Of a stretch of DNA of 34,877 nt, positions 15,966-24,055 are shown piece after piece; the first letter of the stretch is position 1, and the number at the start of each line of letters is the position of its first letter. Source of the stretch: a virus; IMG/VR virus record IMGVR_UViG_3300021963_000013, one strand, 5' to 3'. The position numbers and the translations under genes were made by a program. The notes beneath the pieces were generated by a model. The model saw only the letters and a list, made by a program, of their open reading frames with translations, made no database searches and had not been told where the DNA came from.

Positions 15966-16709
15966 TTATTTAGAATGAGTTAAAATAGAGTTAAAATCAA
16001 TATTGTAATTATGAAATATATCTATACATTCTATAAAATCGTATTTATTAGGCTTTATGTGAATTATAAAAAGTCCTTTAATATCTTTATCAAACATTTT
16101 TTTATAAATGCTTAATTGTAATGAATAATGGTAAAAATTACAATCGTTAATCTCTTTAAAAACTCCTAACATTTTTTTGTTATAGGAAAAAGTTTCTATT
16201 TTATCGTTGGTTTTAAAGTCTAAAATATAATAGTTGTTGTCTTTATCTTTGCAAATTAAATCAACTTGACCCGCTAAAAAATCATTGTGTACTATGTATT
16301 CAGTATAAACGGGAGTTAATCGACCACTAATAAAAAAGTCTTTTATAAATTGAATAGCTACTTTTGATTTAGGATAAAAATCAATTAAATATTCAATATC
16401 TAAATTCATAAAATCAATTTCTATTTCGTTTGATATTACAGAAAATTTACCGTCAATATAATCTTCAAATATTTTATGTATTGCAGTTCCTATTTCACAA
16501 GACTTTTTAGCTTTATCATTCCAAAGTTTTAAAATCTCTTCTTGTGTTTTATTTTCTTTTTTTGCAATACGTTTTGAATGGTAATCGCTATCAAATTTAT
16601 TTTTAAATTGATTTATAAAGGTTGTAACCGATATTAATTTTTTACCGTTTTTAGTATAAGTGTGGCTTCCACTATCGAAAACCACACTTTTATCAATACT
16701 ACATTTCAT
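15966..16709 (-). CDS. PD-(D/E)XK (RecB/Cas4-like) nuclease
   Basis: 'GTAIHKIFE', 'GQVDLICKD...YYILDFKT' (D...D/ExK) and 'QLSIYKKM' (QxxxY). The start at 16709 (or 16721) is preferred over the track start at 16775, which lies deep inside the upstream gene. Confidence 0.6.
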   Translation of the reverse strand: MKCSIDKSVVFDSGSHTYTKNGKKLISVTTFINQFKNKFDSDYHSKRIAKKENKTQEEILKLWNDKAKKSCEIGTAIHKIFEDYIDGKFSVISNEIEIDFMNLDIEYLIDFYPKSKVAIQFIKDFFISGRLTPVYTEYIVHNDFLAGQVDLICKDKDNNYYILDFKTNDKIETFSYNKKMLGVFKEINDCNFYHYSLQLSIYKKMFDKDIKGLFIIHIKPNKYDFIECIDIFHNYNIDFNSILTHSK

Positions 16710-17349
16710 TTCCTGCTTCATACATTTCAGCTTCCCACGCTTGACTAAATTCTTTATCTGCAAACAATTCAACAAGGCCTCCTATTTGACAAAGTCTTAA
16801 AACTTCGTCTTTATCCATTCCTAAATTTTTGGCTATTTTTTCATCGCTCCAGTTTCTTTTTTTAAGGTCAATTACAATATCGCTCATAGCTTCTATTTTG
16901 TGTTTACCTCTTGCTCTATTATGTCTTATTGTTGAAGCTACTCTATCGTTTATTTTTGTTCTATCTTCGTTAATTGTTACTACTGGTAAATATCCGTGTA
17001 CTCTTTTTTGTATTTCCTCGCATTCTTTACCTACTCTATTTCTGTGGAATCCGTCTATTACTTCTCTAGTTTCTCCGTTATCTTCTAGCATCGATACAAT
17101 AGGTTGAGTGTATCCGTCTGCTGAAATTGAAAGCCTTAATAATTCCATTTCTGGAGGAGCTACACTATTTGGATTATAATCATTTGCGTGTACGCTATCG
17201 TTTTTTACCCATAAAACACAATCTACTGGTTCTGTCTTCATAGGACTAATATTGTGCATCGCTATTTTAATTTCGTTTAATGCATTTACTCTACTGTCTA
17301 TATCTAAAGACTGTAATTCGTTAATCAGTTCAATAATTTTTGTTGTCAT
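16699..17349 (-). CDS. ParB/Srx-like nuclease-domain protein (IbrB-like)
   Basis: 'ANDYNPNSV', 'QPIV' and 'VIDGFHRNRV' (the DGxHR core of the ParB-like domain). Paired with a PAPS-reductase-like gene, as in IbrAB. Confidence 0.65.
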   Translation of the reverse strand: MTTKIIELINELQSLDIDSRVNALNEIKIAMHNISPMKTEPVDCVLWVKNDSVHANDYNPNSVAPPEMELLRLSISADGYTQPIVSMLEDNGETREVIDGFHRNRVGKECEEIQKRVHGYLPVVTINEDRTKINDRVASTIRHNRARGKHKIEAMSDIVIDLKKRNWSDEKIAKNLGMDKDEVLRLCQIGGLVELFADKEFSQAWEAEMYEAGNEM

Positions 17350-17353
17350 AATA

Positions 17354-18568
17354 TTATAATTTAAAATTGTTTAGTTCTCTTTGTTCTTTTTTTAGTTTTA
17401 AGTATTTATTATATGCATCTGTTTTGTGTTGAGTAAAACCTAATCCTTTGCACCAATAATCATTTCTTAATAATGATTTACAAATACGTCTCCAACTTGG
17501 AGCTACTCTTTCACTTTCCAAAATACTAGGAGCTTCGTCTGGCAATCCGTCTATATATCCTCTCTCTTCCCACCACTTTACAAAAGTATATATTTTATTT
17601 TTATAATGTTCAGATGTTACTTGTGGTAAAGTGTTTAGTATTAATTCAGAAAATGATTTCCAAGTGTGATGCATTGGTTTTGTTATTTTACCATATCCAT
17701 TTATATTTCCAGTATCTTGAACATATAAAGCACCGCTATTTGCACCCTCAACTCTTGCGACTACTTTTGCCCAAGTTTCTGGCTCTATTAAATGAAATAA
17801 ATATAAACCTCTTCTTTGGTCGTCTCCGTATGGTTGGCAAATTCTTTGCAAGTGAATAGATAAACCAGACTTTTGCATAAGGTCGTATAAATGATTGTGT
17901 CTTTTATCTTTGTTTTTACTATGATAAATCCAAATATCCTCTGTTTTCCAATCATAAATAGGATATACATTAAATACGTTTTCTGTTACTTTTGTTGTCC
18001 ATTGCTTTTGATTGAATGTTATTTTTTTATCACTGGCAATAGTTCTAAATCTATTCAAACTTTCATCGGCTCTAATTCCAACTAAACAAGCACAAGTTTT
18101 GCCTTGAGAATACCACTCTCCAAACTCTGGTACAAACTCTTCAAACTCCATTCCGTCTCTAAAAAAAGGAAAATAATTTTCGTCTGTTATACCTAATTTT
18201 GGTACTTCTCTAATCCAATCGTTTTTTACTTCTTTATCCCAACACTTCCAAAAAGGTTTAAATACAGAAACTGCATTTCTTAAATGTATAGGTAAACATA
18301 ACCAATAAACTTCTAAATTATCTTTATAAATTTCTATGCATTCTGTCATATGGTCTATTGTTAATTTATACTGACCTTCTAAGTCAACTATTAATAGACC
18401 TATTTTTACGTTTCTTTTTATAGCTTCGTCCATTACTAAATGGAGCATAACAGTACTATCTTTACCAGCAGAAAATGAAAGGTATATTTTCTCAAAATTA
18501 TCAAATGTATATTTTATCCTTTCAATACTTGCTTCGTAAACGTTTTGATTTAAATAATGTTTAGGCAT
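17354..18568 (-). CDS. PAPS-reductase-family PP-loop protein (IbrA-like, with a DUF3440-like C-terminal region)
   Basis: PP-loop 'YLSFSAGKDSTVMLHL'. 404 aa with a long C-terminal extension, 4 nt upstream of the ParB-like gene. Confidence 0.7.
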   Translation of the reverse strand: MPKHYLNQNVYEASIERIKYTFDNFEKIYLSFSAGKDSTVMLHLVMDEAIKRNVKIGLLIVDLEGQYKLTIDHMTECIEIYKDNLEVYWLCLPIHLRNAVSVFKPFWKCWDKEVKNDWIREVPKLGITDENYFPFFRDGMEFEEFVPEFGEWYSQGKTCACLVGIRADESLNRFRTIASDKKITFNQKQWTTKVTENVFNVYPIYDWKTEDIWIYHSKNKDKRHNHLYDLMQKSGLSIHLQRICQPYGDDQRRGLYLFHLIEPETWAKVVARVEGANSGALYVQDTGNINGYGKITKPMHHTWKSFSELILNTLPQVTSEHYKNKIYTFVKWWEERGYIDGLPDEAPSILESERVAPSWRRICKSLLRNDYWCKGLGFTQHKTDAYNKYLKLKKEQRELNNFKL

Positions 18569-18936
18569 AATTGTTTGTTTTTGGTTTCATATTCTTTAAT
18601 TATTTTTTCAGCTATTTCACAAGCTATTTTTCTTTTGTTTTCATCTACAAATCTCCAATTTTCCATTGTAATTTGATAAGGTATTTTAGCATATAAACAA
18701 CAAGCCGATTGACCTAACCAAGCTACACGATTTAAAGCTATGTTTGTTAAATTATGCTCACAAGAATATTGCCATTCGTCAATTACTTTTTGCATAAATT
18801 TTTCAGTTAGTTTAGGGTTTTCAAAAAGTTCAATAACTTTTTTTGCCAACTCTTTTTTTTCTGTTCCAGAAACGTTTTTAAAAAACCCATTTTTAAAACA
18901 TTCCCAATATTCGTATCTGTGATAAATTCTTTCCAT
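18550..18936 (-). CDS. hypothetical protein, first gene of the IbrAB-like block
   Basis: 128-aa ORF overlapping the PAPS-reductase start by 19 nt. No motif recognised. Confidence 0.55.
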   Translation of the reverse strand: MERIYHRYEYWECFKNGFFKNVSGTEKKELAKKVIELFENPKLTEKFMQKVIDEWQYSCEHNLTNIALNRVAWLGQSACCLYAKIPYQITMENWRFVDENKRKIACEIAEKIIKEYETKNKQLCLNII

Positions 18937-18972
18937 AAAACAAAGTTATAAAAATATTAGTTAAGATTAATT

Positions 18973-19140
18973 CTAAATTAGTTGATAAGTGTAATAATTA
19001 TAATCGCTATGCTTTTTAAAATATATCCATTCTTTATAAGTTATTTTTTTCTCAAAGCATTCTCCCGTTTTCTTATGAAACGCTTTTAAAATTAAAGGCG
19101 TGTTTAAGGATAAAATTGTTATATTTTCTTTCTTTGCCAT
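18973..19140 (-). CDS. small hypothetical protein (55 aa), below the ORF-track cutoff
   Basis: The ATG at 19140 overlaps the TAA of the upstream gene (TAATG). It fills the 200-nt gap before 18936. Confidence 0.3.
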   Translation of the reverse strand: MAKKENITILSLNTPLILKAFHKKTGECFEKKITYKEWIYFKKHSDYNYYTYQLI

Positions 19141-19835
19141 TAGTCTAAATATATGCCAATTCTTAAGTTATAAATGTTTCTTAAAAACCTACGTGTATCA
19201 GGGTCATAACTTTGGTTTTGCTCTTTTAACTCTTTTACGATTTCCCTTGCGATTTTAATTTTGTCTTTTATTTCGTAAATATGTAGTTTTAGCTCTTTGT
19301 AAACGCTTTTAAGGTTAAAAACATAGTCTTTATAGTTTTCTCCATAAAATTGTATTAAACCGTCTTGAAAACCGATTATATTGCCTGATAAATACATATT
19401 ATCGTGAATACTTTGTGAAAATATATTATTTAGGTTGTAACGTAAAGAAGGATATGCCCCTCGACTGTAGAAATGTCCGCTATTTTGCTGACCTTCTTTA
19501 ATTGGTTTTTTACTTGAAATACAAACTACACCGTTATCAATTAACCGAACGATTGTGTTTATTTCTTTTTGCAGTTCTCTTTCGTAATCGCTTTTGGTTT
19601 TAACATTCTCTTTCATTTCTTTAGTCTTTTGTTTTTCAAATGAACGTAACTTTAAAGTTACCTTTGGTAAAAAAGACTTATTATAAATGATTTTCCCCCG
19701 TTCGTCATTGTGATAAAAGTGCCAAAGACAACTATTACATAACCCGTAAGTTAATTTCATAGTTGAAACACCGCAACCATCAAATCCTTTAGCTTTGTTA
19801 ATACCTTTTTTGCAAATTTTAAGTTTAGTTTTCAT
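19140..19835 (-). CDS. NinG/Rap-like protein (structure-specific endonuclease family)
   Basis: Aligns by eye with lambda NinG: N-terminal Cys cluster, basic linker, then 'VCIS...SGHFYSRGAYPSLRYNLNNIFSQ...SGN'. The lambda QCxxCN cysteines are replaced here by QSIHDN. Confidence 0.6.
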   Translation of the reverse strand: MKTKLKICKKGINKAKGFDGCGVSTMKLTYGLCNSCLWHFYHNDERGKIIYNKSFLPKVTLKLRSFEKQKTKEMKENVKTKSDYERELQKEINTIVRLIDNGVVCISSKKPIKEGQQNSGHFYSRGAYPSLRYNLNNIFSQSIHDNMYLSGNIIGFQDGLIQFYGENYKDYVFNLKSVYKELKLHIYEIKDKIKIAREIVKELKEQNQSYDPDTRRFLRNIYNLRIGIYLD

Positions 19836-19853
19836 ATTATATCCATTTATCTG

Positions 19854-19982
19854 TTATTGCTTTTGTTTCAAAGGCTCATTAATATTCCCGTAAATACCAT
19901 CGTAATGTATTTTACAAAGTTTTTCGTTATAAATTGTTACTGTTGCTTTTTCTTTACAGTATTCACATTTTTTATCTTTCAT
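19854..19982 (-). CDS. small zinc-ribbon-like protein (42 aa), below the ORF-track cutoff
   Basis: 'MKDKKCEYCKEKA...LCKIH'. The ATG at 19982 is 11 nt after the primase-helicase stop. Confidence 0.3.
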   Translation of the reverse strand: MKDKKCEYCKEKATVTIYNEKLCKIHYDGIYGNINEPLKQKQ

Positions 19983-19993
19983 AGTTTTTAAAT

Positions 19994-21820
19994 TTAAAAT
20001 GGCACGTCTGTATTTTCATCACTACTAAACGGTAAATCGTTATCAAAAACCGTTTTGACATCTTCTAAGGCTATCATTGGGAACGGTGCTGTTTCAACTT
20101 CGATAGGTTGTTTTACTTCTTTTTGTTGTAGCAAATTTTGGTCTTGTGGATTACTGCCTTTAGCATAATAACGCCCTGATGGTTTATGATAGCAATACTC
20201 AACTGTTTCGCCAATAGTTCCCTGAAAACTGTATTTCGTTTTTAAGTTTGTAAAAGTGGTAAAACTTTCCTCTCCAAATGTACGGTAAATTGAATAACCA
20301 TCGTGCGTTTGATTTCTAAAATCGGCACTACCTGAAACATCGTATAAAGTAGGCTTTTCATAAACTCCGTTTTCTTTTTTCATTTTTGTAGGGTGCGCAA
20401 TAACGATAATTAAAACGTTGTTTTGTTGTGCAAATTGAGTAAGGCGTGAAAGAGTGCGCCCGATGTTTTCCCTTTCGCTTCTGTTTCCCGTAAACTCTAC
20501 TTTATTCCAAGCATCAACTACAAAAATATTAATCCCAAAAGAATAAATTTGCTCTCTGAATTTTTCAAAAATCCAATCCCAAGTGGCAAACTCTCCATTT
20601 TCAGGACTTGTTAAGTATAGCTTTTGATTTGCCCAATCGTGAAACTGCATAACTTCTAATTTGCTACATCGTGGCGTTCCATCAATCTCAAAGAAATAGT
20701 TTTTACCAATTACTTTTTGCACAAAAGTACTCATATGTAATTCCATCGGTAAATGCTCAGGACTAAAAAAACTTGCCTTAATATCGTTTTCAAGTAGATA
20801 ATTTAAAACAAGCCACTCAGTAAAGTTAGACTTACCGTGTGATGGTATTCCCGTTCCGATACATAAATGCCCAAACATTAATTTAAAAATATTGTTTAAG
20901 TTACCAAATGAACGGTTTTTAACTTCCAAACAGTTAGGCAAACCATCATTGTATAAATCCAACATTTTATCGATTAAATCGGTAGTGCTGAAAGTTCCCG
21001 AAACGGGATATTTCTTTTTGTTGTGTATTGTTTTTTTAAGTACTCCACTAATCAAATCGTCGTTGGCATCTTTACCGTCAAATATAACTCTTTCGCATCT
21101 GTAACGCCCTAACCTTTGCGCTATCTTTTCAGCTACTACGTTACCGCTTTGGTCGTTATCGGTACAAATGTAAAACTTCTTTACATCGGATAAGTAAGGC
21201 TCTGAATTTATCCAATAGTTATCGTTATCATTTGCGCCTGATGGTAAAGAAACAGCGTTTTTAATTCCTATTTCGTAAAGAGCTAAAACATCAAACTCGC
21301 CCTCAACTATGTAAACTTCATCTTCTCCGATTATCGAGTTAATATTGTAAAGAATAGGTTTACCGTTTTTGCTTTGCGTAAACTTCTTATCTCCTGAACG
21401 GTACTTTTTGTTTACAACTACATCTCCCTCAAAGAAGTTAAATACGATATTATTCACTTCTTTACTTAATTGCGGTTGGTATTGCTTTTCTTCTGTAATA
21501 CTAAAAGCTTTTAGCGTGTACTGTTGTATTTTTCTACTTTCGCAATACTTAACTAAGGCATCGGATAACTGAGTGTAATTTTGCCAAGTTTGTTCGGGTA
21601 AAGTATAATTACTTTGTACTACCGATTTTTCTATGCTATCACGAAAAAACAACGCTTCACATCCAATATTATGACACTTTGCAAAACCTTTGTTAAAATC
21701 TACCGACAAAGATTTATCTTGTTTGTTTCGCCTTGTTTCGTGGCAAATAGGGCATTTAAGTTTTTTTAAGCCCGTTGTGTGGTTAGTTTGGATTAAATCC
21801 CAATTATGTATGTTGCTCAT
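19994..21820 (-). CDS. bifunctional primase-helicase (T7 gp4/Twinkle-like)
   Basis: Zinc finger 'CPICHE...CHNIGC'. TOPRIM motifs 'VYIVEGEFDVLAL' and 'CTDNDQSG'. Walker A 'GIPSHGKSNF' and Walker B 'IFVVDAW'. Confidence 0.8.
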   Translation of the reverse strand: MSNIHNWDLIQTNHTTGLKKLKCPICHETRRNKQDKSLSVDFNKGFAKCHNIGCEALFFRDSIEKSVVQSNYTLPEQTWQNYTQLSDALVKYCESRKIQQYTLKAFSITEEKQYQPQLSKEVNNIVFNFFEGDVVVNKKYRSGDKKFTQSKNGKPILYNINSIIGEDEVYIVEGEFDVLALYEIGIKNAVSLPSGANDNDNYWINSEPYLSDVKKFYICTDNDQSGNVVAEKIAQRLGRYRCERVIFDGKDANDDLISGVLKKTIHNKKKYPVSGTFSTTDLIDKMLDLYNDGLPNCLEVKNRSFGNLNNIFKLMFGHLCIGTGIPSHGKSNFTEWLVLNYLLENDIKASFFSPEHLPMELHMSTFVQKVIGKNYFFEIDGTPRCSKLEVMQFHDWANQKLYLTSPENGEFATWDWIFEKFREQIYSFGINIFVVDAWNKVEFTGNRSERENIGRTLSRLTQFAQQNNVLIIVIAHPTKMKKENGVYEKPTLYDVSGSADFRNQTHDGYSIYRTFGEESFTTFTNLKTKYSFQGTIGETVEYCYHKPSGRYYAKGSNPQDQNLLQQKEVKQPIEVETAPFPMIALEDVKTVFDNDLPFSSDENTDVPF

Positions 21821-22455
21821 TAGTACGGACTGTCTAAATATGTTTTCTTAATTTTGTTTTCCTCTTTAAACCAAACGGCTTGCATTTTCTGTTTCCAATT
21901 ACGGACCTTAGTTCCTTTGCTATCTTTCCAATCGGCAACCGCATAATAGTTAAATGCTTTTTTGCCTGATTCTTTAGTATAGCCATTTTCAAAGAAATAG
22001 TTTTCGACTTCAAAAAGCTGAGGCGGGATAAATATCTTATCTACTCTTTTCTTTTCTACTCTACTCTTATCTACTCTACTCTCCTCTGTATCGTTTTGTA
22101 ATACATTTGTATCGGTTTGTATTTCGTTTGTATTGTTTTCTTTTACTTTTGCCCAACGTAGTAATACAGCTTCACGCCTTTTTTGTGATTTTTCGGCTAC
22201 TTCTTCTAATTGTTCATTTAAAAAATCAATAACAATAAAATCATTTTCGGATTTAATAATTTTTTTTGATAAAAGAATATCTAAATGCTCTTTATCAATT
22301 TCAATTTCTGCATCTTCTAAAGACAAAATACATTCCTTATTCCAATACAAACAAATAAGGCGCAAATAACGTGCTTGTGTTAATTCAGTGCATCTTTGAA
22401 TTTTACCCATAGTCCAATCAGTAGGCGAAAATTTAAACCATTGTAGCTTATCCAT
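21820..22455 (-). CDS. replication initiation protein (DUF1376 N-terminal domain, DnaD-like C-terminal domain)
   Basis: 'WFKFSPTDWTMGKIQRCTELTQARYLRLICLYW' fits DUF1376. 'FNYYAVADWKDSKGTKVRNWKQKMQAVW' looks DnaD-like. A low-complexity linker joins them. The gene is coupled to the primase-helicase. Confidence 0.55.
   Translation of the reverse strand: MDKLQWFKFSPTDWTMGKIQRCTELTQARYLRLICLYWNKECILSLEDAEIEIDKEHLDILLSKKIIKSENDFIVIDFLNEQLEEVAEKSQKRREAVLLRWAKVKENNTNEIQTDTNVLQNDTEESRVDKSRVEKKRVDKIFIPPQLFEVENYFFENGYTKESGKKAFNYYAVADWKDSKGTKVRNWKQKMQAVWFKEENKIKKTYLDSPY
22036..22132. repeat. iteron-like direct repeats inside the initiator gene (origin candidate)
   Basis: TCTACTCTACTCT occurs at 22055 and 22070. 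CTTATCTACTCT occurs at 22036 and 22066. TTTGTA occurs four times, at 22095, 22106, 22116 and 22127 (10-11 nt phasing). Confidence 0.4.
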
Positions 22456-22670
22456 TATTTACCTCCTTTCGTTTTTTGTTGAACGTGAAGTAATGCGCCT
22501 ATAAAATCGTGTAATTGACCTTTTTCAAAAATATAAAACGCTTCATAGTTTCTGCTTTGGTTTGCGTAGTCTATGAAGTTAATTTGCAAAGAAACATTTT
22601 CTTCACTTTGACAAATTATTAACTTACCTTCAGTTTCTCCAATTCCACTTCTTGTAAATGTAATTTCCAT
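22455..22670 (-). CDS. hypothetical protein
   Basis: 71-aa ORF whose stop codon overlaps the initiator gene start by 1 nt. Confidence 0.5.
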   Translation of the reverse strand: MEITFTRSGIGETEGKLIICQSEENVSLQINFIDYANQSRNYEAFYIFEKGQLHDFIGALLHVQQKTKGGK

Positions 22671-22695
22671 AAATAAATAATTTAAATTAAATGCA

Positions 22696-22779
22696 AAAGT
22701 CCATATAATCGGTAGCGTCTCACTTCTACGTCATATACGGACTTTGTATAATTTCTTTACGTTACTATAATGTGAGACG
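22696..22779 (-). ncRNA. structured 5' leader with two interleaved stems (pseudoknot topology)
   Basis: Minus-strand RNA has S1, CGUCUCAC with GUGAGACG (8 bp). S2 is AAAGUCCGUAUA with UAUAUGGACUUU (12 bp including one G.U). The segment order is S1-5', S2-5', S1-3', S2-3'. Confidence 0.4.
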
Positions 22780-22789
22780 GTAACAGCTT

Positions 22790-22821
22790 CAAATTTAATA
22801 AATCTTTTCCAATATACCAAA
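22790..22821 (-). promoter_or_regulatory. Bacteroidota-type promoter TTTG-N20-TAAATTTG
   Basis: On the plus strand, CAAATTTA (22790-22797) and CAAA (22818-22821) are 20 nt apart. The site lies between the stop at 22825 and the structured leader. Confidence 0.55.
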
Positions 22822-22824
22822 CAA

Positions 22825-23259
22825 TTAATCAAAAATAATCGAAATATCTTCGTTTGGAAGTGGAGCGGTTACGTTAAACCATTCGGATAAAAACTCCCTA
22901 ATTTGTGCGTGATACTCTTCTTGTTGCGTGGTTGTGTTTTCGGTTGTTGATTTTGGTATTTTAACGACTTCGCCAGTTTGTTCGTTTACTTTCTCAACAT
23001 AGTTAAAATGTAGCTTGTAAAATTCGTGTACCTTTTCTATACTCCAAACTTCGCCCCACATATCTCGTATTGCGTTTTGGCTTATTGGATATAATACAGA
23101 CCAAAGATAAGCGTTTTGACTATTAGAACGTTTCTTTTTAGGTTTCTCGAAAGTAAGCAATACTTCCATACCGTTAAACTGTTTAACGATGTCTAAAACG
23201 GTGTTTAGGTTACGCTTAAATTTTCCGTTGTGTATGGAAGTAATTACTTGTGCTTTCAT
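22825..23259 (-). CDS. NinB/Orf-like recombination mediator
   Basis: 144 aa (lambda Orf is 146). 'KRSNSQNAYLWSVLYPI' matches lambda Orf 'NRSLDQNRKLWACLGDV'. Confidence 0.55.
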   Translation of the reverse strand: MKAQVITSIHNGKFKRNLNTVLDIVKQFNGMEVLLTFEKPKKKRSNSQNAYLWSVLYPISQNAIRDMWGEVWSIEKVHEFYKLHFNYVEKVNEQTGEVVKIPKSTTENTTTQQEEYHAQIREFLSEWFNVTAPLPNEDISIIFD

Positions 23260-23260
23260 T

Positions 23261-23599
23261 TTAGAATGGTAGATAATCGTTTTCTACTTCGTTTAAATCG
23301 GTAACAGTTTCAAAAACTGGATTGTTTACAATTGCGTTTTCTGTTTTGGATATTCTCCAGCCTTGCAAGTTTACATAGTATTTACCGTTGTATTCCGAAC
23401 CTCTAACGTTTACCGATACATTTACCTTATCGCCTACATTATAACCGTCTAAAACGCTTGTTTTGTCTTTTACAAAATCAATAGGTACATACTGAACATA
23501 TTGCTCTTCCGTTGCAACTACTAACTGTCTTTTGGTAAACCCGTTATTACCTACTGTTTCTGTTTGTCCGATTAAGTGAACACTTCCGTTAATTTCCAT
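23261..23599 (-). CDS. DUF3127 OB-fold protein with an SSB-like acidic C-terminal tip
   Basis: 'MEINGSV...GNNGFTKRQLVV..EEQY......F......VGDKV.VS...RGSEYNGKYY..LQGWRI' fits DUF3127. The C-terminus '...ENDYLPF' resembles the SSB DDDIPF tip. Confidence 0.6.
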   Translation of the reverse strand: MEINGSVHLIGQTETVGNNGFTKRQLVVATEEQYVQYVPIDFVKDKTSVLDGYNVGDKVNVSVNVRGSEYNGKYYVNLQGWRISKTENAIVNNPVFETVTDLNEVENDYLPF

Positions 23600-23602
23600 T
23601 TA

Positions 23603-24055
23603 TTAAAATTTAATTGTTAAACTCGATTTACTATTTGATGTACTAATCTTTGGTACTTCGCAACCGTCAGCGTCGAAAATAATTTCATCTGACTTTAAAG
23701 CTACTTTTAAAAGTTCCTCACGTTGCTTTAATTTATTGCTTAAACTTTGCCAAAGTTCGTCTTCTTTGAAGTTGTACATAGTGCGACCGTTCATAGGTGT
23801 AAATTCAACGCCTAATATAGTTACTTTCTCATCTGATACACTTTCTTTGAGTTCGGTAATTGCGTTGCTTATAACCTCGTTTAACCGTACTAAGTTGGCT
23901 AAACATTCGTGTTTAGATACGTTGCCCCCGTCGATAATTTGTTTGGCTAAATTTATGCCTACTGATTGCGCTTCTTTTTTCGTGAAAGTTGCATCGTATA
24001 ACGTGGCTATTTCTTGCTCACGTAATTGTAAAAATGATTCTGAATTTGCTCCCAT
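23603..24055 (-). CDS. hypothetical protein
   Basis: 150-aa ORF between the ERF and SSB-like genes, coupled at both ends. Confidence 0.55.
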   Translation of the reverse strand: MGANSESFLQLREQEIATLYDATFTKKEAQSVGINLAKQIIDGGNVSKHECLANLVRLNEVISNAITELKESVSDEKVTILGVEFTPMNGRTMYNFKEDELWQSLSNKLKQREELLKVALKSDEIIFDADGCEVPKISTSNSKSSLTIKF

